Counted from the stretch's first letter, positions 12,927 through 27,642 are shown. The stretch is DNA of 64,000 nt from Octopus bimaculoides (GCF_001194135.2 NC_068992.1:46708618-46772617); one strand, 5' to 3'. Notes: a model not told the origin generated them from the letters alone. Made by a program: numbers and translations.

Positions 12927-13574
12927 CTGTAATGCTAAAAATTATTAGTATTTCATGATATTTATTAGAAATATGAAATGTAGATTATTTTTTTTTACCT
13001 CTCCTCCTATTAGAAGTGAAAGCGTTTATCTTAGATTTATATTTTACAACATTCAAAATATAAAGTAGGTCAAAGGAGTGTATCCTTCTATTCAAGCATT
13101 TATCAAAGAGGTCTTAACGGATGTTGATTTCCTTTCGAGAATTAACAGAAAATATTTCCATCAATAATTTAAAGATTATATTTTGTGTGCTTTCGACATA
13201 ATTATGTCTATATTTAGTGTTTATTATTCATGGAAGTTCTGAATTTCATTTCAATCTGTATGATATTCTTTCAGTATTGTCTGTTAAGAAATTGATCTCA
13301 TTGATTACTTCAATTTTATGTTCTGTCATACCCCGACAGATCTAGTCACGAAAAGACAACAAATGTTTTTCGTTTTTATAATAATTTATTTTCTTGTTAC
13401 GATCTAGAGTTCACGACATTCTCTTTTCTTCTTTTGAAAATTCTCTTGCTTCTACCATTTAACTTAGTTCAACGATTCATCAATGAAAAACAAGCATTTA
13501 AGAGTTTACTAAACAAGAATTCGATTAGTTCACGATTGACACGTAAAATAATAATAATAATAGTTTTTTTTTGT

Positions 13575-13750
13575 TCCTTTACTTGTTTCACCCACTGGAC
13601 TGAGTCCATGCTGCTGTACAACATCGAAAGGTTTTAGTTGAACAGATAGACCCTTGCACTTCTTTTGAAGGTCTGGTACTTATTCCATAATTCTCTATTG
13701 CCAAACCACTAGATTAGTGAGACGCAAACTAACTGAAACCAGTTGCCATA
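13575..13750 (-). mobile_element. SINE family A tail module, degenerate
   Basis: ttacttgtttca..ggttttagttgaacagatagaccc..ggtacttattcc homologous to other tails. Confidence 0.7.
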
Positions 13751-13759
13751 CTGGAAAAC

Positions 13760-13851
13760 ATGGTGGTGAGTTCAGTCTCACTGCGTGACACCTTGGAAAA
13801 ATGTCTTGTGAGTGGATTTGTTATACGGAAACTGTAAAGAAGCCCATCGTG

Positions 13852-13897
<46 letters not shown>

Positions 13898-14098
13898 GTA
13901 TGTATGTTTATGTGTGTGTCTGTGTATATTTTATCCGATGCTGGCGTCTTTACGTCCTCCTAACTTAACGGTTCAGCAAAAAGGACCGATAAGATGTGTA
14001 CCAGGCTTACAAAGAATAAGATCTGAGGTTGATTTCTTCCACTAAAAGGTGGTGCTCCTGCATGGCCGCAGTCGAATGAATGAAACAAGTAAAAAGAA
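13760..14098 (+). mobile_element. SINE family A, 5'-truncated, with internal (TA)n
   Basis: gagttcagtctcactgcgtgacaccttgg..gtgagtggatttg..gaagcccatcgt, then (TA)n, then tail ending gaatgaaacaagtaaaaag. Confidence 0.85.
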
Positions 14099-14119
14099 CA
14101 AAGAGAGTATACATATATC

Positions 14120-14258
14120 GGCCTGCAGATGTTTGTGTGTACCAGATCCACTCAAATGACGTTGGTCGGCCCGAAGCTATAGGAACCATGCCCTGTGACT
14201 GAACCCGAAACCACAAGGTTGCGAAGCGATCTTCCTAACCACATATCCACGCAAGCAC
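14120..14258 (-). mobile_element. SINE family A head only
   Basis: Reverse complement carries gcgtggatatgtggttaggaagatcgcttcgcaaccttgtggtttcgggttcagtc..gagtggatctggta. Confidence 0.75.
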
Positions 14259-15567
14259 TCGTTTCATATATCCCTTTACATATGTGTATTATATAAGATA
14301 TTTCGATATAACCCGTACAAATATCACGGACAGCCTGAAGAACGAGATATTTTAACACGTTTCTTTGATTGCAAAGTCAATATCCGTCGCTCTTTTTGTT
14401 GATTTTGCGCTTATATCAAAATAATTAAATTATATGCTCTGTAGTGTGTTACGTGCAATATTTGCTATCAATTATTTTAGATATTGACTGACATATAAAC
14501 AAAATATCAGAGGGAACATGCAAGACGTTTCGGAGCTGAATGAAGCCCAAGTAGATGGAAACTACGGTCCGATGGTTGTTAAACCCCAATGCTAACCTAG
14601 GGCATTGTAACTCTAAAATTATTATAAAGAACTGTTCGATATATTTTGTTAAGGAGAATGAGTTAATTAATATGCTCAATTGAGCGTTATGAAATTTTTT
14701 GTTAACTATTTGTCAAATGTGTACTATCAGAAGATGATTTATTCACGGTAATTATTAGTCAACAACTAATCTGAACGAGAGGAGTGTGTGGTTACAAAAA
14801 TATTCTTATGTAGAGTTGGTCAGAATGCTGTTTAAAGGTAAAGGTTTACACATGTCTTATAAGGCCTAGTTATGGTAAATTTAAAATTGATAATGAATAT
14901 ACCAATTACGTACTATATGTTACGCAATAACAACAAAGAATATTTTCTAATTTAAATTTTTAACCCCCACTCCGCACCAAACAAATTATGTGTGTCTAAA
15001 AAAAGCATATCTATTAACTGAGAAGTGTTCTATAAAAATATATTATTTTTTATATACCTTTCTAAAATCACTGTTATAATAAAATTCCTTTACATACATA
15101 CATATAAACACATACACGCACATGCACACACGTACAGACACACTCATGGTGAGCAATATGCATCTACAGAGAGAGTGAGAGAGTGGTAAATATATATAGA
15201 GATGGGGAAAGTTTACAACGGAAAAGCCGATAAATGAAAGAGCTAGACAAATAGAGGGGGGAAGCAGAAGGATCTTCTCTAATGCTATCAGAGATTTTAA
15301 ATTCTAAAATTAAGTGAAGATTTAAAAATTTGAAATATTGATGTACTTTTTCAAGCTGAATCCGATTTTGCAATTCAATTATTTGTTATTAAATGTTCCA
15401 GAGGTTTAAAGTTCGAACATTATTACCCAATCAGAGAACAAGATTTGGAAGCTAGCATTTTGTTGTGATAGCTGCGTATAATAAAATTAAAATAAGCAAG
15501 TCGAAATTTAAAACAGAATGAAAGCAATACCGGAGATATAATGCTAATACATATACAGGGGGAGGAG

Positions 15568-15570
<3 letters not shown>

Positions 15571-15613
<43 letters not shown>
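15571..15613. repeat. (AG)n microsatellite
   Basis: Read directly. Confidence 0.97.
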
Positions 15614-15619
<6 letters not shown>

Positions 15620-16505
15620 GTGGTAAATATATGTATACCTGATGGTGACAGATAGAGAGCGGAAGATGTGCTGATTTAAATGTTGAGTTATTTCTCGTAG
15701 CAAATTATATATTTGCATTATTATTTACGGAACACCTCTTTCGAACGGAGGCTTTGAAAATCAAATTCGTTTTCACCAGTATCGGTTCACATCATTTCGG
15801 GGCTAAACTCACACACACAACTACATACACTCTCATTTATATAATATATATACGTATGTGTGTGTGTGTGGGGGGGCGTGCGTGCGTTAGTGTGTTTGTA
15901 TGTATTTATGTTTACATGTATATATATATATGTATTTGTATATATTGGCAAGGAACTCAACGCAGATCTGTTTCATAAAATACAAACTGCTGACTCATTG
16001 ATGGTAGACTATCATTTCATTAACGCAGCCAACTACGTCGATAACCCTTAATGTCTTGTTGGTTCATCAGTCAACTCTTCGACTTTGCGTAGTGTTTTAA
16101 GCAAAGCAATACTATATGCGCACTTTTACTGCCAAGACAGACTAAACTAGTCTATTTGTTTTATAAAAACTAACAAGTGAACATAATAAATTCATGTAAG
16201 TCGTTTAATATTACAAATTTTACCTTGGCTTTAAAACGAAAGAAGAATTATTGTGAATAGTGTAGCAATAGAAAATTTTAGAATCAGATATCGGTCGCAG
16301 ACCCATGAGAATTCTTGTGAAGTTGGTGCCAATACGAAACTCAAAACCTTCCAAATAGTCTCGCTTCTCTGATTTTTACAATATATTTCCTCCTTAAATA
16401 GTGTGTAGTTATTTTTGTTTTTGTTGTTTTATCGAATGTCTGCTATTTTAATGTATATGAATATAATTCATGTTGATGCCCCATCCATTAAGTATACCTG
16501 ATATT

Positions 16506-16609
<104 letters not shown>

Positions 16610-17443
16610 CGGGAGAGAAGGAGAGATACTAAGTTCATTATTATGCTTTAAAAGAAAACAATTTTCTGGTTGATATTTAAATGTGAGTCGCTCGTCAAAG
16701 TGTTTACCAGTTAATTCACACTTTACGTTTATATTCCCAAATATCATTTTACTTCAACTATTACATTCCCAAACGTCATTTCTCTTCCCATATATTATGT
16801 TCAAGCTATCAAATAACACGACATCATTTCCTACCTACCCAATTCCACTACCAAACCAATTACACGACATTTTATATTATCACGAGTAAAACTATTTAGG
16901 ACTTCCTTAAACATACCATCACCATCATCATGCAATAACATAACATTTTCAAGAATTTATCAATTCTTCAACCATTCAACTTAAAGACAAACCGCCTCGT
17001 AAATGGACCATTCATAAAGAAATCAGAATATTTATAGAAAATTGGTTTTCCGAGGTAGCTATTTCTTTTTTTACTACTTCCTTTATATTTTTATCGTTTT
17101 TTTTTTTCTTAGAGACATTTTTCTTCGAAATTTTCAGCTTCAAAATAAGATCCTCGATAGATTTTTAAACAGAATTTCAGTCAAAGACGGCACGAAATTT
17201 CCAAAGAAGGAATATACTTAAATAGTGGCAAAATTATACTAACTCAGTCTATATCTGATACGTATCAATTTAAGCATAAAATGAAATGAGTTCCAATGTA
17301 TATTAGTCTTTCGAAAATATTCTGAGTCTAATGAAGCTTAGCACATCATACATACGTACATACATATCTATATATACATATTTATATATATATACATATA
17401 TATATGCATATACATATACACACATATATATGCATACACACAC

Positions 17444-17480
<37 letters not shown>

Positions 17481-17824
17481 TATATATATNNNNNNNNNNA
17501 TACACATACACACACACACACACACATATATATATGCATATACATACACACACACACACACACATATATATATGTATGTATATATGTACGCATGTATGTA
17601 TGTATGTATGTATACTAAAACATATGTCTCGGCTCTCAGTGTATATATGTAAAATTTTGCAGATTTACAACTTAGAAACCTCGCATATATCCACACCAAA
17701 CTTCTTTTTTGGAAGTGGTAAAAGATGTAAAAAAAGAAAACAAAAAGCCCATAGTATTCTTCTTTGTGCTACAGACCCTAAGTACGTTACCTGAAAATGT
17801 CTAGAAGGAAATTAATGAAAACGA

Positions 17825-18484
17825 TAAAGCATTTCGTCTGTCTTTACGTTCAGAGTTCAAACTTCACCGAAGGCGTCTTTTCATTTCATCCTTTCGGTGT
17901 CCATAAAATAATTACAATCAAGTACTGCGGAAAAGGTAATCGACTAGCGACCACCCTCAAAATTTCAGGCCTTCTGCCTGTAGTAGAAATGATTGTTATT
18001 ACTATAATTACTATTTTTAGTATTAAGGCAGTGAGCTTGCAGTATAGTTAGCACACAAGACGAAATACTTTGCGGTATTTCGCTCGTCGGTACGTTCTGA
18101 GTTCAAATTCCGCTGAGGAATTTGTCATTTATCCGTTCGGTGGGGTCAATAAAGTAAGTACCAGTTGAAGACTTTGGTCACAATAATCGACTCATCCCTT
18201 CCTCCCACATTGCTGCCTTTGTGACAAAGTTTGAAATCATTGTTATTATTATTATTTTTATTATTAAGGCAGCGAGCTGGCAGAATCGTTAGCACCCCGG
18301 GCAAATGCTTTGCGGTATTTTGTCTGCCGCTACGTTCTGAGTTGAAATTCCGCCAAGGTCATCTTTGCCTTTCATCCTTTCGGAGTCGATTAAATAAGTT
18401 TCAGTTACGCACTGGGATCGATGTAATCGACTAGTCCCCCTCCACACAAATTTCAGGCGTTGTGCCTCCAGTAAAAAGGAAAAT
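17825..18484 (+). mobile_element. Three tandem copies of Octopus tRNA-derived SINE family B (~17825, 18025, 18266)
   Basis: AAGGCAGCGAGCTGGCAGAATCGTTAGC (A box), GAGTT(C/G)AAATTCC (B box), central TTTCATCCTTTCGG(A/G)GTCGAT..AAGTACCAG domain; copies separated by ATT-rich tracts. Confidence 0.9.
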
Positions 18485-18524
18485 TATTATTTTAGGTGTT
18501 ATTATTATTATTAGTAGTAGTAGT

Positions 18525-18680
18525 AGTAGTAGCAGTATTCAGTAGTTTTATTTTTATAACGTGCTTTCACTTCACTACCGAGCGCAGCTCTTTGTGCCTT
18601 GGGTATGTGCTGTGGTTTGCTGTGATGCTCTTATGGTTACTGTATTGAAAGTGTTTTGCGTAGGATGTGTGCAGTGCCCA
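18525..18680 (-). mobile_element. 5'-truncated 3' end of an R4/Dong-clade non-LTR retrotransposon
   Basis: Minus strand reads GTAHILRKTLSIQ* (stop 18637-18639), the typical 'LLGTAHILRK' C-terminus of R4/Dong ORFs, then ~100 bp of 3' UTR. Embedded in (TAA)n/(TAG)n tracts. Confidence 0.75.
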
Positions 18681-20726
18681 TATCATTATTATTATTATTA
18701 GTAGTAGTAGTATTAGTTAATGGTTATTTGGCAAAGATTGTATTTATAATACTTACGTACAAATGAATTTTAAAGACCACCCCTAAATATTTGTAAGGGA
18801 AACTTGTTATTTGTAAATATCTCTGAATGATTCCAATAAAACCTTTTTAATATGACTTTCAAGTAAAATTCTGTGGAATTGTAACGAATATACAAAACCA
18901 TTATAACATTTGTTAAATTTATATGTACATTGAAATTTAGATTTTATAGAATTTTGTTCTTTCATTTCACTTTTAAATCAGAAGTAACCCCTCGTATAAG
19001 TACGAAAATAGCAGAAACTTTGAATGAGGCCTTCATTGAACGAAACGTTGCTTACCTACCTACCACATTGCTTTTGTTTCTCTTATACAATTTCATATAC
19101 ACGCCATGTTATAGAAGACATTCTCAATGCTGTTAAGAAAGTGTTATTTATATATGATGGTTACTGCGTACATTATATAAGTTCATATATATTACAGCTG
19201 TCTATACAATATCGAACTGCCTGTGTAGTAATTTTCATTATATAATACAGGCTATCTTCCTTTAACAAGTTCCTCCCTTGTATATGGCTTCCTAAATTAT
19301 AGAATTCTATATTGTGTTGCACTATCTATATTGGAATTTTCAGTATATAATGATTTCTTTTATTGGTATATAATAAGAACCCTCTGCGCGTGTGCGTACA
19401 TGTACATACATACATACATACATACATACATACATAAATATATGCATACATACATAAATATGCGCATACATACATACATACATACACACATACACATGCA
19501 TTCTTGCATACATACACACACACACATACTGACATAAACACACATATACAATTACCTACAAACAACCATACATATATACATGCATTCATAGTTTGTGTGA
19601 GTGTAGAAATGTATATGCGTATATGTATATATATAAGTGTACACTACGTGTTAGCATACAGCATGAATGTATGCATATATGTAAGTATTTTTGTGCGTGT
19701 GTATGTATGTACGTGTGATAGTAATAAAGCAAATAATATTCTGTAATTTTAGCGAAAATACAGTTGCGTCTGAGCAAAGAGATCAACAAGCATGAAATGA
19801 ATTCCTGTTTGGGGTTATAATATAATGGAATAAATTAAAGAGTAACACAGCCGTCACATTCAGCAACAAAAAAACATACCAGACACACAGAGCTTCTCTC
19901 TAATATTCAGCATACTTATTAATACATATTGAAGAAAACAAAGCAGCTCACATATGTACTTGGTTCAATAGTTTACTCCGTCCCCAGAACATTCTTAGAA
20001 CAGTGAAAATCAAAACATTTCCCTACCCGCGAAAATCAAAGCAAAAATAGTGTACAAAAAATGCTTCATTGATTCATTTATTATTAGTCCTGTCTGAGCT
20101 CCAAATCAGTCCAAAAAAGAAAAAAATAATAATAAAATTACTAAACTACAACAAACACAAAAGACCCTCATGATTTATAATAGGTCTCGTACATACCACA
20201 CTCACCGACCAAACTCACAGACGACACTCATACCATGCGCGCAGAACAACAGACAACGATCCAAGAAGGACAAAAAAAAAAAAGTCTTAAAATGAAGACC
20301 ACCTGGAAATGCCCCAAAGTATTGGTCACATAGCTGACTCCGGTTCATCTCTAGATTCTGAGCTTTTGTCAGAATTCTTAGCAATACTGTCCGACTTTGA
20401 GTTTCACCGCTAAAACTATCTCTTATACAGCCCCCACAACTACTACAAAACATGCAAAACTATCTCCACCACCACAACTAGAGTCGGTTCTCCTACTACC
20501 ATCACCACTATAATAAACAACAACAACAACAAGCACAACTATGATCACACTGATGCAAACAGCATCAGAAATGCCATGACCACTCATAGAACCGTCCTCC
20601 ACCATCTCCCCGCACTAATACTGCTAAGAGTGCCACTCTCACCAGCAACCCACCCAACGTCACTCCCTCTTCCTCCTCTTACTACTACTACTACCACTAC
20701 CACCACCAAATGCATTCACTAAACAT

Positions 20727-21105
20727 TTTTCTTTTATTTGTTTCAACCAGTAAACTGAAGCCATGCTGGAGCACCACCTTGAGGATTCAGTCGGACAAAT
20801 CGATCTCAAGTACCTTTCGTTTTTATCAGTTTCTTATGGCCAACCGATAGGTTACGGGGATGTAAACAAACCGACAGTGGTAGTCAGGCGTTGGTGGGGG
20901 ACAAATACACACACAAAGACAAGCATACAGATATATGTAAACATATACAATAGGCTTCTTTCAGTTACCGTCTAAATAATCTACTCACAATGTTTTGGTC
21001 GGTCGGGGCTAAAGTAGAAGACACCCGCTCAAGGTGCCACACAGTGGGACTGAACCTGAACCATGTTGTTGAGAAGCAAGCTTCTTACCACACAGCTACG
21101 CCTGC
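20727..21105 (-). mobile_element. SINE family A, full length
   Basis: Head at 20960-21105 and tail at 20727-20900 match other copies. Confidence 0.9.
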
Positions 21106-21879
21106 GTCTAAGAAATTATAGGTAACAACCACAGAATTACACAAACAAGATGGCTTGTTATCTCACTGGACTGTGATATTATCGATAGGAGAGACACTTA
21201 ACACAGGGACTAAAGTGGAGTTTAACCCCAGAATGTGACTGGTATGTAAATACCAGTGCTGTAGTAATAACAGAAAAAATTCAATTCCACCATATTTTCA
21301 AAACGTAAAATAATAAGCCCATTCTGTTACAATCATTTAATTTGTTTCCTTACCATTTTTTTTTTTATTATCATTCAATTCCCTTCAATAAATTTTGATA
21401 CAAAACATAAATAGCGAAACATGCGATATGGATTCTTGTGGCAGTGAAGGATTTGGTCAGTGGAATTGGTCAGGATATAAAGAATTAATATTTCACTTCA
21501 ATCAATTCTGAGTGAAAAACATAAATGAGAACCTAATCCTAGGGTTTGGGGGGGAAATAATCAATCATGAATGATCGAAACTGTTTTTGAGAAGGATTAA
21601 TATTTCAGTAAAGAGACTAAAATGCGATTGATGAAAGGAAGAATTCTCAAGAGCCTTTATGAATCAGAAAAAGAAAAGAAAATCATTAAATACAAAAAAA
21701 AAAAAAACAAGGCTAAAAATTTCTTGTTTTGAGGTTCGGTTTCATTTTTTAAGTACATAAATACCTAAATGCAAATATGCACACATACGCATAAATGTAT
21801 ACACACACACATATTCGTACATACACATACATACGTATATACATATATATCTATATGTATATGTACATATATATGTGTG

Positions 21880-21928
<49 letters not shown>

Positions 21929-21958
21929 NNNNNNNNNNNNNNNNNNNNNNNNNNNNNN

Positions 21959-21997
<39 letters not shown>

Positions 21998-22146
21998 ATG
22001 TATGTATATATATCTATACATATTGCTAAACGTCACATTTTAATCCAGCAGTTGTGTATAGTATTGGAATAATCTGAATTTAATCCAGTGTTTTTCGGTA
22101 TTTCGTGTTTATAAGCTGACAGATTATAGAACAAAGTATAACATTT

Positions 22147-22445
22147 TAATAATAATAATAATAATAATGATAAAAATAATGATACTGAAAAAGCAAAAGA
22201 TGGAGAAGACGATGAAGGTGAGAAGACGATGAAGTTGAGAAGAAAAAGAAAAGGAAGAAGACGAAAAAGAAGAAGAAGAAGAAGAAAGGGAAGAAGAAGA
22301 AGAAAAGGAAGAAGAAGAAGAAGAAGAATAAGAATAAGAAGAAAAGGAAGAATAAGAAGAATAAGAAGGAGAATAAGAAGGAGAATAAGAATAAGAAGAA
22401 GAATAAGAAGAAGAAGAAGAATAAGACGATGATGAAGAAGAAGAA
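22147..22445. repeat. (AAT)n then purine-rich (AAG/GAA/AAGAAT)n tract
   Basis: Read directly; source of the poly-Ser/Arg ORFs. Confidence 0.95.
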
Positions 22446-25400
22446 TTTTTGGAAAAACAAAAATAATACAAATAATCTTGTTAGCGTAGTTATTGATGCT
22501 AGTTGGATTAATTCAGATCGTGTAACTACATCAGTGCTCGACATAAATTAACCATTTGCAACACAAGCTGCTCAAATATAAACTGAGGGATTTTGATGAT
22601 TCAAATGTTGTAGTTACCATTTTAATATTCATTCTTCATTAATACAGTCCAAAATTCGGTCTATGACTGCGCTGGTACTTAATTCTCACAAATGGGATTC
22701 ATTAATTCAAAACTTCTACAGGTTTCATTTTCTGTATTTCTACGTCTTCCTGTCGATTACATTATCTCTGCTCGATAACATATGGCACAACTTGGTTAAG
22801 TTTAATCAGTTCCTAGTCTTATCTCTTTTTCTAAACATTCGGTTTCTTTAGTCGTCATTGTAAACTTCACCTATTTCAAAATCCTTATCTTTAATAGATA
22901 CTTATATTTTCTCACGAGCTACCAGTATTAGCGACGTTCCCGAGGATTACTGGTCTACTAATCGTCCAATATAAACACTTGCATACCAATGAACTCTCTT
23001 CATGGGTCTTATTCCTAGCTGAGACATTATGTTAAATCAAGGCTTACAAACTAGGTTACATTTTACCCCATATAAGTTTTGCCTTGCAATGTTTACTTTC
23101 ATATTTATAGTGATGTACGTATTTGTTTTTAATAATAATTGTTTAAAATTTTGAAGTCGAGGCAAAAGAATTCTGGAAAGCATACATTGTGAAAAATACA
23201 AATTATGTTCCTTGCATCACTTGGGATTTAAAAATCTGTATTATATACTTGTAAGTTACTGTGTTGATAATAAAGTAGTCGAACTGAGAAGACTGTGTCT
23301 AGTTCTGATATGTGTTCGCTATTAATTCTTAAATAAAAGAAATAAAATTTTGCGTTACTTGAAATTGAAATGATATTTAAAACGGTACTTTAAATTTATT
23401 TTCTGTCGGTTGTTTCATTGCGGTGCAAGACGGGGCACAAATGACTGAATTAAAGTAAAGTGTCGTATAAATTAACTTTCAAAAGTAAATGGGACGAAAA
23501 ATATTGGGAACACGTTTCACAGTCATATCTTCTTGCGTGCTCATTTGGCAAATCGAAGAATTGTTATTTGTATTTACTGAGGCCAACTTATTGTTAAAAA
23601 ATAGAGCAAATTTGAAAAAAATTGAAACCGAACAATGCAAGTAAATTACTTGTTCATTTTACTTTGCTTTCACTATTTCAACTGACCGAACTGGAGTAAG
23701 GAGATCTTGTCATTGACGAGTCATAAATGGCGAAGAAAGAACTCTAACAAACTAGCTATTTGATTGATTGATTGAACTATTAAAATTTATCGATTAGTTT
23801 ATTGGTTAACTTGATGACAAATATTAATCAAAAGAAATAAAATAAAACCAGTGTTGATTGTGTTTCTTCTTCGCCAAATTACCCTCCTCAAAATACTATA
23901 ACAATTGGCTTGTTTCTGTACTAAGCTGTAGCTGAGTTTGCTCGGGTAAGTGAACTGAGACTATTTCAGAGCAAAGCTTTTGCAAACATAAACAACGAAA
24001 AGTAATCGAACATCTTTATTAGCTCTCTGGCAAACTATTCGCATGAACATCAACGTCAAAATCATGAAAATATTTTTCCGAGTTCGCTATTTTGCTGTCA
24101 CAGCCGCAAGTTAAATGGAACCAAGGATTTTAATCCTGAAACAGCACACGGGCATTCTATCTTGGTAAACTAGTGAACTAGGGTTAGATACAGCACGGTT
24201 CGGCGAGCACTTGAAGATAATTACATAATTGATGAATATTTCATTAGCTAGTCAGTGTTCATTTTATATTCCTGTCTCATGGGTGTCACCTGAAACAACG
24301 TGGGCTCTGCTTGGTTAATTTCCCGTTGATACACAACGTTAATGCAGATGACTCCAGTTACCACATGATGTTATGACAAATGAGATATGGACGTATATGC
24401 ATACATACGCGCGTATATATATTATATATATGCTCATTAACATACGCCTTATAGCTATGCACACGCGTATGTGCTCACAAACACACACATGTGACGCGCT
24501 TTATCTCGCCTCTATATAATTTAATATAACATATTGTTTCAAGAAGAGTTTGAACAAATACCGATTTGCTAAGCGCATACATTAACGTACTTAACACATT
24601 TAATAATATTCCTATAAACATTCACTGATAGTTCTATAGCATTCTGTTAATATGAAATAGCAATGTAACTACAACATGGTTTTGGTCTATTCAAAGTGTC
24701 CGACAGGAACAGGGATTTTGTTACTAAAGCAATTTTCCGGATAATGTATAAATTCCGTCTATTACGAATTTAATCTCCACTGAGCCTCGTTCTGATACTA
24801 TTGAACTTGTCACATCAATCTTGCCTTGCTCCCCGGTGACCATATACACATTGTTTCATATAGAAAACTAAATACATGTCTTGTTGCTATAATCCACCCA
24901 GACACCTGGGTGTGAGGGAAAAGGGGAAAGAGAATGCGAGAGAAAGAAAGAGAGGAGAGTGACAGAGAGTGTGTGTGTGTGTGTATGTGTGCATATCTGT
25001 GAGGATGTGTTAGTGTTTACGTGTGTGGTTAAGCTAGCAGAGTGGGAGGAGCGGAAAGAGGGATAGAATGTCACATAGGGAGTTCGTATAATCGTGAGTA
25101 CGGTAGTGTAGGCGTGTGTATGTGTGCACGTGCGCGAGTGTGTGTGTGTGTGAGTGTATTTATACATATTTATGTGATGTGCAAGTTGAGAGGAGAGAGA
25201 TAGTGGGACGAGCAAAATGAATATATCTTTATTTATGAGCGGTTGTCCGTGTCAGTGTTGGAATATACGTCTAGATGTACGAGGCGCCGTGAGAAAGGGG
25301 AAGTGAGCAGTAAACTGTATACGTTTGCGTATATGAACAAGTGTCTCTGGGTTTGTGTGAATGTGTATGTATGAGGTTCAGTGAAAGAGGAGATTGAGAG

Positions 25401-26174
25401 AGAGGCAAAAGGAATCTGTAAGGTGTTTATGTGCAAATGCGCTTCAGTATTTACAAGAGCTAGAGTGAGAGGCAAGATACATATATATATATATATTTAT
25501 TTATTTATTGAGAGATATAGAGAGAGAGAGATAGGTAGAGGCCTGTAAATATCTGTGCGTATATGTGTAAGTGTGCATGTGTTTATATTTTACTCTGAAT
25601 GTATGTGCGAATGAAATACATAGAGGAGTCGTCCGCACAAAAATGGAGTTGATGTATGCGTGATAGGGCATGCGCTTTCTGTGTCAATATGCGTACATGA
25701 ATGTGTGTGTGTGCATGTGTGTGTATGTATGTGTGCTTGTGTGTCTCTTACAATGAGTTTCAGAGTAAGACGAGAAAAAAAAAATCAGGTTGAATATGTA
25801 TATGTACTTCAGTGTGCGTGTATGTGCTTGTGTGTTTGTACTAGTGTGGATATATGCGAAAATGCACGTGAATCTGTGATACTGTGTACTTGTGTGAGCA
25901 TGCATGCATTGTCGTTTACTGTGTATGTGAATGCATGTCTGCATGACTGTGCATATATACATGAACGTACATGCGAGAGTATGTAAGTGTGTATATCTGT
26001 GTATGTGCATGATTGTGAGTAAGGATTTAGAGATATGTGTATTCATAAAAATACGTTCCGTGTGTATGTACGTATTGCTGTATTTAATCACAGGATAGGA
26101 TAATTGCTTGCAGTAGTATATTAATAAATGTGCATAGATAAGCAACCGTGTCTCATTCTGATAGCTATTTCCAA

Positions 26175-26470
26175 CATATTGGTCGTTCCGCTGCTCGAAG
26201 TCAAGACCCGGACAGGCAATGCAACGTCACTTTCCAACACCTTCGTCTAATATGAAGATCGAAAAACCATCACCATGAACAAACAAACAACTGCAGTTAT
26301 ACTCATCTATTGTTATATCAACAGACCAGCCATGCCAGTGAAATCTAGAAGATTTGGAAGATCTTTCAGTTGCTGGACATCTTCCATCTACACAACTTAC
26401 GTTTAATATCCAGAGCATCTTTTACCTGGACAGAGTGAGAAACGAAGAGTTGTGAGAAGAGTTTGCTGGT
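26175..26470 (+). mobile_element. Degenerate RTE-clade LINE fragment (post-RT region)
   Basis: Across frameshifts reads RTGNATSLSN..LQLYSSIVISTD..ASEI*K..LLDIFHLHNLR..SIFYLDRVRNEEL, matching the RTE pattern 'RIGKA..KLRLYNSIVI..YASETW..LDVFH.RCLR.IL.I.Y.DRVTNEEV'. Confidence 0.75.
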
Positions 26471-27209
26471 GACTCAGCAGTAGTAAGTATATGTGTGAGT
26501 ATATGTGTGTGTATGTAAGAGGATTCATGGGAATATTTGTGTGTGCGCGCAATGGAAGCGAGATGGTGAATATTCAACACTGAAAAGAAAAATGTAACAG
26601 CGTTTCAACTCTGTGTCAGTATATATGTGTATGTGTGTGCGTGTACAAGGGCATTATATGAATGTTTGTACTTGTGATTATTATGTACCTTATTTATAAA
26701 TAAGGTACTACAGTTAGCCGTCGTTTTTGACTTCATAGAGGTCAGCTAGTACATATATATTTATACACAGTTATACTCATATGTAAAGTTTGCTTTTATA
26801 TCAATTTTACATCAAGCTGATTGATCACTAATTAATTTTTCGTAGAGTACCCACGTCTTATCATTTTTCAAAGATAAGATTAACAAAGATTTCGTAGTTG
26901 TGACACTTTCACTTTCATCTGACTCTGGTTCAGTTAGTAACTTCTGGGCTATCATAGTGCTTGCTAAGTCATTTTGTGGATAGATGGAACTACGTAAAAC
27001 AAAAAAAAAAAGAAAAGAAAAAAGAAAAAGAAATCAATACGGTTTACTCTGAAAGGAGAAATAGTTGTGTAGGAAGTGTGTAGGTTAATAGAAGGTTATG
27101 TTGGGAAGATTTTGTTAGGTTTGAAGGATCAATTCTTTTTTGTTTGATTAAGGCGAGCAAACTGAAACTTTTAAGTCAGTCACTGTCAGCTATATCAGTA
27201 TAAATATTT

Positions 27210-27400
27210 ATATCTATCTATCTATCTATCTGTCTGTCTATCTATGTATCTATCAATCTATCTGTCTGTCTATCTATATATCTATCTGCATGCCTGTCTA
27301 TCTATCTATATATCTATCTGCATGCCTGTCTATCTATCTATCTATCTATCTGCATGCCTGTCTATCTATCTATCTATCTATGTATCTATCTGCATGCCTG

Positions 27401-27435
<35 letters not shown>

Positions 27436-27444
27436 GCATGCCTG

Positions 27445-27475
<31 letters not shown>

Positions 27476-27642
27476 GCATGCCTGTCTATCTATCTATCTG
27501 CATGCCTGTCTATCTATCTATCTATCTGCATGCCTGTCTATCTATCTATCTATCTATCTATCTATATATCTATCTGCATGCCTGTCTATCTGTTTATCCA
27601 TCCGTCTGTCTGCATGCCTGTATGTCTGTCTGCATGCCTGTA

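Noticed and set aside
20410-20720. Thr/Pro-rich mucin-like open frame
   Set aside because: Degenerate (ACC/ACT/AAC)n microsatellite; stops in the other frames and no clear donor.
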